Assembly: GCA_048938895.1 (NCBI GenBank) | Contig: JBHLLU010000018.1 | Location: forward strand, 1-64,000 | DNA from: Promethearchaeota archaeon | GTDB lineage: Archaea; Asgardarchaeota; Lokiarchaeia; Sigyniarchaeales; SOKP01 | Direction of reading: 5' to 3' | Length of the DNA: 64,000 nt | Shown: positions 30,481 through 40,684 of the stretch, piece after piece | How positions within the stretch are numbered: the stretch's first letter is position 1 | How the letters are laid out: every line of letters starts with the position of its first letter | Notes under the pieces: model-generated | Told to the model about the DNA's origin: nothing | The model's database searches: none | Seen by the model: only the letters and a program-made list of their open reading frames with translations | Program-made: the position numbers and the translations under genes

Positions 30481-31230
30481 TTAATAATAAGTTCCCATTG
30501 ATTTTACCATTCTATATGAGAGTTCGACAGATCTATTCCCATTTTCACTTATTCCCATATGACCTGGTAATAAATACTTGATGTTTAAGGTATTTACAAA
30601 CTTTATCGATTTTATTAAGGTTGGGAGTGAACCACCTGGAAAATCATACCTTCCAAAATTCCCTCCTACAAAAACTAAGTCTCCAGGAATTAAAATTTTT
30701 TTCTCTGACTCGTAATAACAAATAGAACCTGGTGAATGACCCGGAGTATGGTAAATTTTAAAATTAAATTCAGGAGTTATTTGAATTTCTTTCATATTTT
30801 GTAAATCAAGAATTTTTAGAGGTCTAATCTCAATTCCGAATTTTTTTGAGGTTAGACCAAACATACCAGGTAAGATCTTTCTTTCTTCTCCCCTTTCTAA
30901 AATTCTAGCAGCCTCACCGTAAGCGTAGATTTCAGGAGGATTATCCTTCAAAATATCTAGTAATTTGTAGATCCCTAAGACATGATCAACATGTTCGTGG
31001 GTCAAAAATACTTTTGTAATGTTATCATATTTTAGATTAAATTTTTGCATTCCCTTGAATAATCCATCAAGTGAGATTGCATTTCCAGCGTCAAATAAGC
31101 TTAACTCGCTTGTATTCCCATTTACTATAATATATTGATTGCAATCAAGCATTTGATTTTCTGAAAAGTAATAGATGTTGTTTAATATTTTTCTTCCTAA
31201 TTTCTCAGAATCATCTTTAGAAAAAAACAT
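30481..31230 (-). CDS. MBL-fold metallo-hydrolase
   Basis: THEHVDH, HTPGHSPG, GD, GRYD, PGH. Confidence 0.93.
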   Translation of the reverse strand: MFFSKDDSEKLGRKILNNIYYFSENQMLDCNQYIIVNGNTSELSLFDAGNAISLDGLFKGMQKFNLKYDNITKVFLTHEHVDHVLGIYKLLDILKDNPPEIYAYGEAARILERGEERKILPGMFGLTSKKFGIEIRPLKILDLQNMKEIQITPEFNFKIYHTPGHSPGSICYYESEKKILIPGDLVFVGGNFGRYDFPGGSLPTLIKSIKFVNTLNIKYLLPGHMGISENGNRSVELSYRMVKSMGTYY

Positions 31231-31335
31231 TGTAAATTAATTTTGATCCTTTTTTAAACAAATAAACTCAGCTTGATTTTAATTTTTTTCTTTTAAAAGC
31301 TATAATTATTAATATTCAAAAAACCAATAATAATT

Positions 31336-31716
31336 ATGATTAAAGAACCCAAAATTGAGGATTTAAAACGTAAAATCAATTTTGGTATCAAATTTTGGCT
31401 TCAATTTGAAAATAAGAGTATTTTGGGTAGTGGATGGGCAAATTTATTAAAATGTATTGAAAAAAATAAAGAAGGGTCTTTAACTCAGGCAGCTAGAGAG
31501 TGTAATTATTCCTATAAATATGCTTGGAATATTTTAAAGAGAATTGAGAAAAGAACAGGGATGTCAGTTGTAATCACAGGCAAAGGAGGTCCCGGAGGAG
31601 GTGGATGGATTAAACTCAATGAATGGGGGGAATACCTTTTAAATACTTATATTAAGTATTATAAAGAAATTAGTAAAATTGAACAAAATCTTGAAGGAAC
31701 TATGAAATCTACTTAA
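31336..31716 (+). CDS. ModE N-terminal-like winged-helix regulator (no TOBE domains)
   Basis: GSLTQAARECNYSYKYAW, GGPGGG wing. Confidence 0.85.
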   Translation: MIKEPKIEDLKRKINFGIKFWLQFENKSILGSGWANLLKCIEKNKEGSLTQAARECNYSYKYAWNILKRIEKRTGMSVVITGKGGPGGGGWIKLNEWGEYLLNTYIKYYKEISKIEQNLEGTMKST

Positions 31717-31823
31717 TAAATAAATTTTAATTTAAAAAATGATTAATTTCATTAAGATTAGTGCAATGATATAGATTTTTTTTGAAAAGGGGTTTGAAAG
31801 AATTAGAGGTATGAGGTTTTAAT

Positions 31824-32252
31824 ATGGGTGAAGATCGTTTGCAAAAATTTGGTAAAGTCAGAGTATCTCAGATTATGATTAAAGATCCCTTGTCTATTAC
31901 CCCAAATGAGAAAATCAGTGCAACAGAGCTTTTAATGCTAAGGAAAAAGGTGGGTGGCTTACCTGTAGTTAAAGATCAGAGAAATAAGGAATTAGTTGGA
32001 ATTATAACTCAACGCGATATACGTCTGGCTAGGTTTGCTATGAACCTGGAATCACCAAATACCTCTGTTAAAGATTTAATGACCTCTGAGCCTTTTACTG
32101 TCAAAGAATATGACACAATAGAGAAAGTTTTAGAATTAATGTTTGATAAAAATGTACAACGTTTACCTGTGGTAAATGATTTCAACCAATTGATTGGTTT
32201 AATAGTACAAAACCAAATCTTAAAAAAACTATTTGATTATATGAAAACATAA
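31824..32252 (+). CDS. CBS-pair protein
   Basis: GLPVV..LVGIITQRD and RLPVV..LIGLI. Confidence 0.9.
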   Translation: MGEDRLQKFGKVRVSQIMIKDPLSITPNEKISATELLMLRKKVGGLPVVKDQRNKELVGIITQRDIRLARFAMNLESPNTSVKDLMTSEPFTVKEYDTIEKVLELMFDKNVQRLPVVNDFNQLIGLIVQNQILKKLFDYMKT

Positions 32253-32330
32253 TAAATTTATATAAACTATTAGATCATAATTTTTGTAAAACAATTTAGA
32301 TCACTTAAAAAAAATAATCACTGATTTATA

Positions 32331-33854
32331 ATGGCATTACCCTTACCTGGTACACCAATTATAATTGATATTGGATCTGCTTATGTGAAGGTCGGATTTG
32401 CAGGGGAACCAAGCCCCAGGTTTGTCTTTCCATGTATAACAGGTACTGAGAAATATAAAGCTGTAATGGTTGATGTGAGTGCAAGGAGCATATACGTTGG
32501 TAATGATGTTTCAAGGATGAGGGGTGTGCTTAAGATCAAACATCCCATCGAACGTGGCGCAATTATGGATTGGGATAGCTTCTACGAAATCCTTAATTAT
32601 ATATTCTACAGTCTGCTTAGAATAGAAAATTTAGCTGAGTATCCCGTATTTTATTGTGAACCCCCTTTCATGAATAAAGAAACTAAAGAATACATCGCCA
32701 GACTTCTATTTGAAACTCATAGAGTTAGAAGTCTAATTATGATGCCAACACCCTTGCTATCTCTCTTCAGTGTAGGACTGACAACAGGATTAGTCGTTGA
32801 AAGTGGTGATGGATTAACTTGGGTATGTCCTATTATAAATGGTCAAATGGTTCAACATTCTGTACAAAAACTTTCTTTAGCAGGAGTCGATGTTAATCAC
32901 AATTTAAAAAACCTTCTAATGCGAGAAGGAATAAATATAGCCTCCAGTGCCGCAGATGAAATTATTCAAGAAATAAAAGAAAAAAATTGTTATTTCGTTC
33001 TAGATCCAAGAAATCAACCAAGAACGAATGATATGTTTAACGTTCCTATGCCAGATGGTTCAACCATAAATATTCCTAATTATATTCTTTCTCAAGCTCC
33101 AGAAGTACTTTTTGAACCGAGTATGTTAGGATATAGTACCGTTATGAACATACCCGATGCTATTATTGCCAGCTTAAGAGTCATAGATAATAATTATTGG
33201 CATGAACTATTATCTCATATAGTAATTTCAGGAGGAAACCTCTCTTATAGTGGATTCGAACAAAGATTTGAATCGGAATTAAATAATGTTCTACCTCAAC
33301 TTGGTTCAATCCCGAGACCAAAACCAACATTATCAGTAGTAAAGAACGAATTAATTCAACTTCAAGTAGCAGAAATGTCGAAGAAAAAGCATGATACATG
33401 TAGTCATTGTGGAGCGTTTATAGATCTTTCTTCAGGCATTGAACATTGTCCTTCATGTGGAGGTAGATTAGCCTTACCTGAAATAAAAATAGGGTTAACT
33501 TCTCAAAATGGAAAACCAAAACCTAAAAGTGGAATCTGTCCTTTTTGTAAAAAAGAAATTGCTGATATATCATCTCTTTTTTGTCCGTATTGTGGAAGAT
33601 CAATAGAAAGTTTAGAGGATTCGGAACTTAAAGAAGCTAAAAAGAAAAAAACACAAGTAGAGGAATTTACTGAATATATGGAAGCTTCAAGCAAAATTTC
33701 AAAATTTTTTGTACCTGACAATCTGCAATTTACAATTTTTAATGGAGCAGCTATACTAGGAAGTTTACCATCGTTTCAGAATCTTTTTATTACCTATGAG
33801 CAATTTCAATCTAATAGAGATTTATTATATAGAGACATTAGCGAAATCCTTTAA
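32331..33854 (+). CDS. Asgard actin-family protein with internal double zinc-ribbon insertion
   Basis: IIIDIGSAYVKVGFAGEPSPRFVFP, HPIERG..DWD, TGLVVESGDG, PEVLFEP, IVISGG, GAAILGSL; insertion carrying CSHC/CPSC/CPFC/CPYC. Confidence 0.93.
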   Translation: MALPLPGTPIIIDIGSAYVKVGFAGEPSPRFVFPCITGTEKYKAVMVDVSARSIYVGNDVSRMRGVLKIKHPIERGAIMDWDSFYEILNYIFYSLLRIENLAEYPVFYCEPPFMNKETKEYIARLLFETHRVRSLIMMPTPLLSLFSVGLTTGLVVESGDGLTWVCPIINGQMVQHSVQKLSLAGVDVNHNLKNLLMREGINIASSAADEIIQEIKEKNCYFVLDPRNQPRTNDMFNVPMPDGSTINIPNYILSQAPEVLFEPSMLGYSTVMNIPDAIIASLRVIDNNYWHELLSHIVISGGNLSYSGFEQRFESELNNVLPQLGSIPRPKPTLSVVKNELIQLQVAEMSKKKHDTCSHCGAFIDLSSGIEHCPSCGGRLALPEIKIGLTSQNGKPKPKSGICPFCKKEIADISSLFCPYCGRSIESLEDSELKEAKKKKTQVEEFTEYMEASSKISKFFVPDNLQFTIFNGAAILGSLPSFQNLFITYEQFQSNRDLLYRDISEIL

Positions 33855-34003
33855 AACTAAAATATTTCTATTTTAATTCTATAAAATAAATTTGTATCTA
33901 TTTTTAAGAATATCTTATTTAAATGTTCTATTTATAGATAATTTTTAATTCCAAGGTAAATTTAAACAATTAAAATTTTATTCATAAAGCCTAGGTTTTT
34001 TAT

Positions 34004-35098
34004 TTGAGGAACAAATTACGCTACTTTACCATAATTTTTCTTGTGTTTATTTTTACATTAAATGTAATTCCAATTGCATTGGCTAAAACACGAAAAATCT
34101 ATTTGACTGATTTTCTATATAACAATGAAATTAATGGTGAGGGATTTAAGAATGGGATAGATGGAACAAGTGTTCTAATTGAAGCAACAGCACAAGCATT
34201 AGAAATTTTAGATCAATATAATATGAATCCTCATGATATTGAGGATTTAGAGTCTAAACTAAAATCGGATTTAGAAGAAATGTTTGATAATGATGATGTA
34301 GTACTTTACGATTTATATTTCTTACTGAAAGCATTAAATATTTTAAAATATTCTATAGACGCACAGTTAATAGGTAGAATCTATGGATATTTAAACCAAA
34401 CTGAACAAATTGGAGGAGGTTTTTCATTTTCAAACAAATCTTCATTAGCAAGTCTAAGTTCTACATATTTTATTGTCCAAGTACATTCCTTTATAGATAA
34501 ACCTGTACCAAACGCAACAATTCATAGGGATTGGGTACTTTTATGTAATAATAGTGATGGCGGATATGGGGGGAATGAAAGTCTATCCTCAACTTTACTC
34601 AATACATACTACGCAGTTTCAATTTTAAACAATTTAGGTTTTATAACCGACTTAATTGACGAAAACCAAACTCTAACATATCTCAACACATTTTATATAC
34701 AGAATCCATCTGATAAAAACAACTATGGTGGTTATCTCCCTGATATAACAGCAAATTATGCTCTGTTAAGTAGTACATACTATTGTATAAAAGCAATTTC
34801 AATCATAGATGATACTCAACTCAATAACAATCCAACTACAAGGTGGGTGTTAAGCCGTCAAAATTTTCAAGATGGAGGTTTTGCTGATATATCTGTGGGA
34901 ACAGATCAAATGAGTTCTTCTGTAATCTCATCGTATTATGCTTTTAATACTTTAAAGATATTAGATCCTTCCTTATCCAAATTAGCTTCAGAAGTTTTTA
35001 TGGTGGAATTTAATTACTGGGTACTGGTAATTATAATGGCAACAATAGGATTAATTGCGGGATTAGGAGTTGTAATTTGGAGAAGAAGAAGAATTTAA
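34004..35098 (+). CDS. Exported, C-terminally anchored prenyltransferase/squalene-cyclase repeat (alpha/alpha barrel) protein
   Basis: Signal peptide ending in ALA; repeats GGGFS, NSDGGYG, YGGY and QNFQDGGF, each followed by S/NTYY; C-terminal TM plus RRRR. Confidence 0.75.
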   Translation: MRNKLRYFTIIFLVFIFTLNVIPIALAKTRKIYLTDFLYNNEINGEGFKNGIDGTSVLIEATAQALEILDQYNMNPHDIEDLESKLKSDLEEMFDNDDVVLYDLYFLLKALNILKYSIDAQLIGRIYGYLNQTEQIGGGFSFSNKSSLASLSSTYFIVQVHSFIDKPVPNATIHRDWVLLCNNSDGGYGGNESLSSTLLNTYYAVSILNNLGFITDLIDENQTLTYLNTFYIQNPSDKNNYGGYLPDITANYALLSSTYYCIKAISIIDDTQLNNNPTTRWVLSRQNFQDGGFADISVGTDQMSSSVISSYYAFNTLKILDPSLSKLASEVFMVEFNYWVLVIIMATIGLIAGLGVVIWRRRRI

Positions 35099-35173
35099 AT
35101 ATTAAGGCTACTTCAGGATGAAGAAAATTTATTATACCCTTTATTAATCTTGTTTTAAGGATAAACTAAAATC

Positions 35174-36037
35174 ATGACTGATAAAATTCTGGATGGAAAA
35201 GCTTTAGCAGATAAATTGAATTTAGAGCTTAGGGGAGAAATAACTCTTGCTGAAGAAAAAACGGGAATAAAACCCAAATTAGTTACTATTATAGTTGGCA
35301 AGGATCCTGCTTCAAAAGTATATATAAATATAAAAAAAAGAACCTGTGCTTTAATTGGGATGGATTCTGAAGTATTAGAACTTGATGAGGGAATCTCAAA
35401 GGATAAACTCTTAGATGAAATACAAAAGTATAATCAGGATCCTAATATCCACGGCATCTTACTCCAAAAACCCATTCCTAAAGCTTTATTTAATTATTCT
35501 TTAGAATTTTTCCAGAAAATTCTCCCACAAAAGGATGTAGATGGCTTGAATCCATATAATAAGGGGAAACTTTTTAATTATAACGAAGAATTAGCAGCTT
35601 GTACACCCAAAGGCATTATTGCTCTATTGGATCATTATAATATAACATTAAAAGGAAAGGAGGTTGTAATAATTAATCGCTCTGATCTCGTTGGAAAGCC
35701 CTTAATCTTTATGATGCTAAGACGAAATGCTACAGTTACAGTTTGTCATACTTCTACTGTTAACATTGAAAATCATATGAGAAGAGCAGATATACTAGTT
35801 GTCGCAATACGACAACCTAATTTTGTAACCCGTGATAAAATAAAGGAAGGTGTTATAATTATAGATGTAGGGACTAACAGAGTCAATGGAAAACTATGTG
35901 GAGATGTAGATTTTGATGATGTTTACGAGAAGTGTAGTTATATTACTCCATCTCCCGGAGGTATCGGTCCCCTTACGGTTCATTTTTTACTCCGCAACAG
36001 TTTTACAGCTTATAAAAACCAATTAGGATACATCTAG
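35174..36037 (+). CDS. folD: Bifunctional methylene-THF dehydrogenase/cyclohydrolase
   Basis: ILDGK, YxxxK, GILLQ.P, KDVDG, CTPKG, RS..VGKP, DVG, GDVDF, TP.PGG.GP.T. Confidence 0.95.
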   Translation: MTDKILDGKALADKLNLELRGEITLAEEKTGIKPKLVTIIVGKDPASKVYINIKKRTCALIGMDSEVLELDEGISKDKLLDEIQKYNQDPNIHGILLQKPIPKALFNYSLEFFQKILPQKDVDGLNPYNKGKLFNYNEELAACTPKGIIALLDHYNITLKGKEVVIINRSDLVGKPLIFMMLRRNATVTVCHTSTVNIENHMRRADILVVAIRQPNFVTRDKIKEGVIIIDVGTNRVNGKLCGDVDFDDVYEKCSYITPSPGGIGPLTVHFLLRNSFTAYKNQLGYI

Positions 36038-36202
36038 CTATAATATTTTTAGATATTAACTTTTTATAAATCTAAAAACCATTAAGATTATATCTAAATG
36101 AATTTTAAAAATAGATAGTAATAAAAACTTTCATTATTACTAATAAACAAACTAGCGAATTTTATTAATTATTTAATAATAGAAGAACGTTCTTAAGAAA
36201 TA

Positions 36203-36658
36203 ATGGCAATCTTAGAAGTTGGAATCAATATTGGTATGAAAAATCTAATCGAAATCAAGTACTATTCATCTTCTGATGATGTATTAGATCCTAATTTACG
36301 TGCTGGTTTTCTAACTGCATTAGAAAGCTTTACTAACGAAGTTTTTGGAGATGACATAAACGTTATATCTCTTGCTAGCTTTAAATTAGTCTGCTATTGC
36401 GAAATGATTCAAATACCTGGTGATGAAGCAGAAAATATGCAACCACTATTATCATTTGCCATTATAGAAAAAGGAACGGAAGTCCCAGTAGTTAAAGAAC
36501 AACTTAACGAGATTATAACTTATTTCTTAAACCGTTACTCATTAAATGACATTTTTTCTAAAAAACCCAAATATTTCATAGATTTTGAATCTCGAATCAA
36601 TGAAATTTTAGGTGACTTAAAATTAAAAACAGAGGATCGTTTTAGAAGTATTTTTTAA
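36203..36658 (+). CDS. Longin-like domain protein
   Basis: beta-beta-alpha pattern with DPNLRAGFLTALESFTNEVF, further strands and C-terminal helices, typical of Asgard longins. Confidence 0.7.
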   Translation: MAILEVGINIGMKNLIEIKYYSSSDDVLDPNLRAGFLTALESFTNEVFGDDINVISLASFKLVCYCEMIQIPGDEAENMQPLLSFAIIEKGTEVPVVKEQLNEIITYFLNRYSLNDIFSKKPKYFIDFESRINEILGDLKLKTEDRFRSIF

Positions 36659-36682
36659 ATAAATAATCATAGGGATTGATTT

Positions 36683-37879
36683 TTGAGTTCAAATATTGGA
36701 GCAGAAGCCAAAGTAAAATACCAAGAATATTTAGATGCAGGATCTTTAGAACAAAAAATTAAATTGTTAGAAGAATTCATCTCTTTAGTTCCTAAACATA
36801 AAGCAACAGAGAAAATCATAGCACTAAATAAATCTCGAGTTTCTAAGATGAAACGCGAACTTGAGGAACGAAAACAAAGACAAAAAACCACCCAAAAAGT
36901 TATTAGTCCTTTTTCAATAAAAAAAGAGGGGATTCAGATTGTTCTTATAAGTGCTTATTATACTCCAGGTACGGGCAAAACCTCCCTTTTAAATTATTTA
37001 ACTGGTGCTGCTGATGAAAAAATTGGAAAATTTACTGCTTTACCTGAAATAGGAATTTATCGATATCAAAAAATTCGATTTCAAATTGTAGAGATGCCTT
37101 CTATAATGAAAGGTGCAGCGGAAGGTATAGGAAATGGAAAAGAAATACTTTCTCAATTAAGATCATGTGATCTAATTTGTGTATGTATTGACCTATCAAG
37201 ATCAGTTGAAGAACAAATGAATTTACTTTTAGAAGAATTAGACAAAGCAGAAATCAGACTCAATGTAACTCCCCCCCCTATAAAAGTTCAAAAAACCGGC
37301 TCAAACAAGATACAAGTCTTATATCTAACGGGAGATGCTAAAAAAGTAGAAGATATTGAAGAGTTCACTGAAAAAGTAAAAGAAATTGTATCTGAAAATG
37401 GAATTAGAAATGCTATTGTGAAAATTCTAGGACCAATCTCGCTTAATGATCTTGTAGATGCTTTAACACCTTCTGTTGTTTATAAGCAAGCTCTCATCAT
37501 TGCTACGAAGGGTGATCTACCTCATACTGAAGAGCAGTTCGATAAATTAAAGGAAAAATATAGTAAAAATTTTACAAAAATAATCGGGATTAGTGTACAT
37601 ACGAAAAATTTCCCTCATGATTTTGGAGAACTAATTTTATCATATCTTAAGAAAATAAGAATATACACAATGAGCACAAATGGAAAAATTGCTGAAAAGC
37701 CACTTATTATGGATGAAAACTCGACAATAAAAGATGCAGCTATCAAAATACATAAAAGTTTTTTTGAGTCTTTTGATCATGCTGTAGTTATTAGAGAAGG
37801 TGCTCGTCAAAAACGTAAGAGAGTAGGATTAGATTATCATTTAAAAGATAAAGATATCATAGAAATTCATACGTTGTAA
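36683..37879 (+). CDS. DRG/Rbg (OBG-family) GTP-binding protein with TGS domain and degenerate G motifs
   Basis: PKHKATE, GKTSLL..LTG, GAAEG.G.GK, TKGD, C-terminal TGS domain (IH..F..A..RVGLDY.L.D.DIIEIH). Confidence 0.88.
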   Translation: MSSNIGAEAKVKYQEYLDAGSLEQKIKLLEEFISLVPKHKATEKIIALNKSRVSKMKRELEERKQRQKTTQKVISPFSIKKEGIQIVLISAYYTPGTGKTSLLNYLTGAADEKIGKFTALPEIGIYRYQKIRFQIVEMPSIMKGAAEGIGNGKEILSQLRSCDLICVCIDLSRSVEEQMNLLLEELDKAEIRLNVTPPPIKVQKTGSNKIQVLYLTGDAKKVEDIEEFTEKVKEIVSENGIRNAIVKILGPISLNDLVDALTPSVVYKQALIIATKGDLPHTEEQFDKLKEKYSKNFTKIIGISVHTKNFPHDFGELILSYLKKIRIYTMSTNGKIAEKPLIMDENSTIKDAAIKIHKSFFESFDHAVVIREGARQKRKRVGLDYHLKDKDIIEIHTL

Positions 37880-37897
37880 AATTAAAAATATCGATGA

Positions 37898-40567
37898 TCA
37901 ATACTTTATCTGATCGATTAAATTAGGAATATTTATTACCTCACTTTTATAATTTGTTCCTAAATCATAAATCCCTTCCAAAATACTTTTTATACTTTCT
38001 AAGCTATATATTAAATTCTCTAAATAGCCAATCAAATCTCCCTTGTGAATGATAATTTTATATTCTTTTTCAAAATAGTCACATATCTGTTCTATTGTTA
38101 ATTTCTGATTTATTCTTAAATCAATTATCATTTTTTCAAGGTTTAATCTTCCACAATCACAATATGGGGAATCTTTACAAGTGCATCTGAAAATATCCGT
38201 TATCCACTTTGATACGAAATCAATAAACTCTTGAGAAAATGTTTTCCTTTTTCGTACATATTCAGCATTCATTAATGACAGAACACTGCCGCTAAATAAA
38301 TTATTACTCCGATATCTCATATTAACATTTTTAGATAAATCCGCAACGATTCCCTTAGCTAGATAAACATTTTTAATAGGTTTAAGATCCAGTGCAACCT
38401 CTATTACAGATTTTTCTTTATCTTTTAAGTTTTCTACAATTTCTAAACATTCATCTATGGTTAAAAATGATTTTGCAATAGCTTGTCCTAAATGGGTTGG
38501 TTTGTAGATAAAAGTTTCTTTAATTCTTATTAGTTGCCTTTCTTGTAATTTTTTTAAAAATATATCTAATTCATAATTATTGTTAATTAAAAAACTAAAA
38601 AACTTCTCAATAACCTCTCTTTTTATGCCTTGATTGAACATTGAAATTAAAGCTAATAATTCTGTAAGACTTTTACTTTCATTAGGGATCAATTCAAAGT
38701 CTTTAATCTTCCCATTTAGTAATCTAATGGCAATTTCCTCTTCAGTCATTTTCATTTTAGGGGAGTAAACTTTTCCTGGTTCAACAAGAAGATATGCTAA
38801 TCCCTTTTCATGCTTTTTCAATCTTCCACATCGCCCTAGCATCTGCTCAAATTCAGCAACTGACAACCATTTTATACCCATTGCTAATGACTCAAAAATT
38901 ACTTGGCTCGCTGGAAGGTCTACTCCTGCTGCTAATGCTGCTGTAGCCACTACACCTGCAATCCTTTGAGATCGGAAATTCTCTTCAATAACTTGTCTTT
39001 CTTCATTTGTTAGCCCAGAATGATATGCAGACACATTTATTCCTTTTTCTTGCAGATTTGAAGTAATAGTTTCACACTTTTTCCTAGTATTTGTAAATAC
39101 TATCGTCTGTCCTTTAAATCCAAAATGTGATTTTTTAGTATAAGCAGCTTTAACTAATTTTGAAATTTGTTTGTATTTTTGAGCTTCAGTATTACATAAT
39201 AGGAGGTGTCGTTCAATGGGAACTGGTCTATTGTTATATCTTATCAATTCACAACCTAACTTATCCGCTAATATCTTTGGTTCCCCTAATGTTGCACTTA
39301 AATAAAGAAATTGGGCTTCTGTGTAAAACAATTTTAATCGAGTAATAAAACCATCTAATAAGTAACCTCTGTCAGAGTCTATTAAAGTCTGGATCTCGTC
39401 GATAATGATAGTGTTTATATTTCCCAAATAAGATATTTTTCCGCTCCTTAAAATGTAATCTATTGCTTCATAAGTAGCTATAATTACATCTGCATTGGTT
39501 AAATCCTCAAGAGTTATTTCTTCACTCTTTTCAAATAAAGATTGTCCTACCTTTTTTACAATCTTTAAATCCAAAGACTTATATTTTTCTTTAAATTCTT
39601 CATTTCTTAAATTTGCTAAAGCAACAATGGGTACAAGGTAAAGCATTTTATTATTTCGATTTTTTAATAATTTAGAGATCCCCGCTAATTCCCCAATTAA
39701 TGTTTTACCTCCTGATGTTGGTGCCATTATTAGTTGATTTGAGTAATCTTCTATTAATCCATGTTCAATAGAAATAGCTTGAATTGGTAACAAAACATTC
39801 AGCATTTGCTCTTTTAGAATAATTTTGAAAGCTTGAGGAAGCTCTAAATCTTCAAATTTTTGATTTAAATACCTTTTACTAACAGGAGATCTTTTTTCCA
39901 CATCATAAAGAGTAAGATTCTTATTAACTACTGGATTAAAGTCAACTTGGAATGCATTTATAACTCTTTTTATATCTTTGAACTTCAGTATCATATGTGT
40001 AAAAAAATTTTTCAATTTTGGATTTATCCGTGATTGATTTATAAACCCTCGAAGCTTTGCTTCCTTTATTATGATGTCATACGCACAATCAGAACATATC
40101 ATTTGACCTTTAAGAGACTTTATTTGAATTTTATCATCTAAAATTGTGAATTTTTGAGTTTTTAGACAAGAATAACAGAATGTTAAATTTTTTATTTTAT
40201 ACTCACTTATTTGGAAATTTTTGAGCATATCAATCATTGAAGTGAAATCCTCATTAGACGATTGATTTGAAAAAGCTATAAATTTATTATTAACTGATTG
40301 TAAAAATTTTTTAAAGAGACGAGGGTCAACTGGTGTAATAGAACTATTTTTTTCAATTTTATTAAACTGTAAGGGACGAATCCGATTTTTGAAATCTAAA
40401 CCTAAAAGTAATGAGCCTTTAAAAAAAGGTTCATTAATATAAGAGAATTTAAAATCTTTCTCTTTATATCTCTTTAAATAGAAAAAATTGATATTGAAAT
40501 TCAAATCTTTCTTAGATTTATGTTCTCTATCTATTACAATAAAAAAATTCCGTGAGGGTATGCTCAA
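37898..40567 (-). CDS. Archaeal Ski2-like SF2 helicase (MJ1401/DUF5814-type)
   Basis: APTSGGKT, DEIQ, LSAT, YHSGL, TAALAAGVDLPA, QMLGRCGR, C-terminal CTCKDSPYCDCG. Confidence 0.9.
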   Translation of the reverse strand: MSIPSRNFFIVIDREHKSKKDLNFNINFFYLKRYKEKDFKFSYINEPFFKGSLLLGLDFKNRIRPLQFNKIEKNSSITPVDPRLFKKFLQSVNNKFIAFSNQSSNEDFTSMIDMLKNFQISEYKIKNLTFCYSCLKTQKFTILDDKIQIKSLKGQMICSDCAYDIIIKEAKLRGFINQSRINPKLKNFFTHMILKFKDIKRVINAFQVDFNPVVNKNLTLYDVEKRSPVSKRYLNQKFEDLELPQAFKIILKEQMLNVLLPIQAISIEHGLIEDYSNQLIMAPTSGGKTLIGELAGISKLLKNRNNKMLYLVPIVALANLRNEEFKEKYKSLDLKIVKKVGQSLFEKSEEITLEDLTNADVIIATYEAIDYILRSGKISYLGNINTIIIDEIQTLIDSDRGYLLDGFITRLKLFYTEAQFLYLSATLGEPKILADKLGCELIRYNNRPVPIERHLLLCNTEAQKYKQISKLVKAAYTKKSHFGFKGQTIVFTNTRKKCETITSNLQEKGINVSAYHSGLTNEERQVIEENFRSQRIAGVVATAALAAGVDLPASQVIFESLAMGIKWLSVAEFEQMLGRCGRLKKHEKGLAYLLVEPGKVYSPKMKMTEEEIAIRLLNGKIKDFELIPNESKSLTELLALISMFNQGIKREVIEKFFSFLINNNYELDIFLKKLQERQLIRIKETFIYKPTHLGQAIAKSFLTIDECLEIVENLKDKEKSVIEVALDLKPIKNVYLAKGIVADLSKNVNMRYRSNNLFSGSVLSLMNAEYVRKRKTFSQEFIDFVSKWITDIFRCTCKDSPYCDCGRLNLEKMIIDLRINQKLTIEQICDYFEKEYKIIIHKGDLIGYLENLIYSLESIKSILEGIYDLGTNYKSEVINIPNLIDQIKY

Positions 40568-40684
40568 ATATGAAACCTTATAAAAAATTCATTTGCATTA
40601 AAGATTAATGAAAAAGTACACTTCAATTTTTCGAAATAGAATGAAAAGTGTCTTTAAAATTGCATAGTTTAAAAGAATAGGTGT

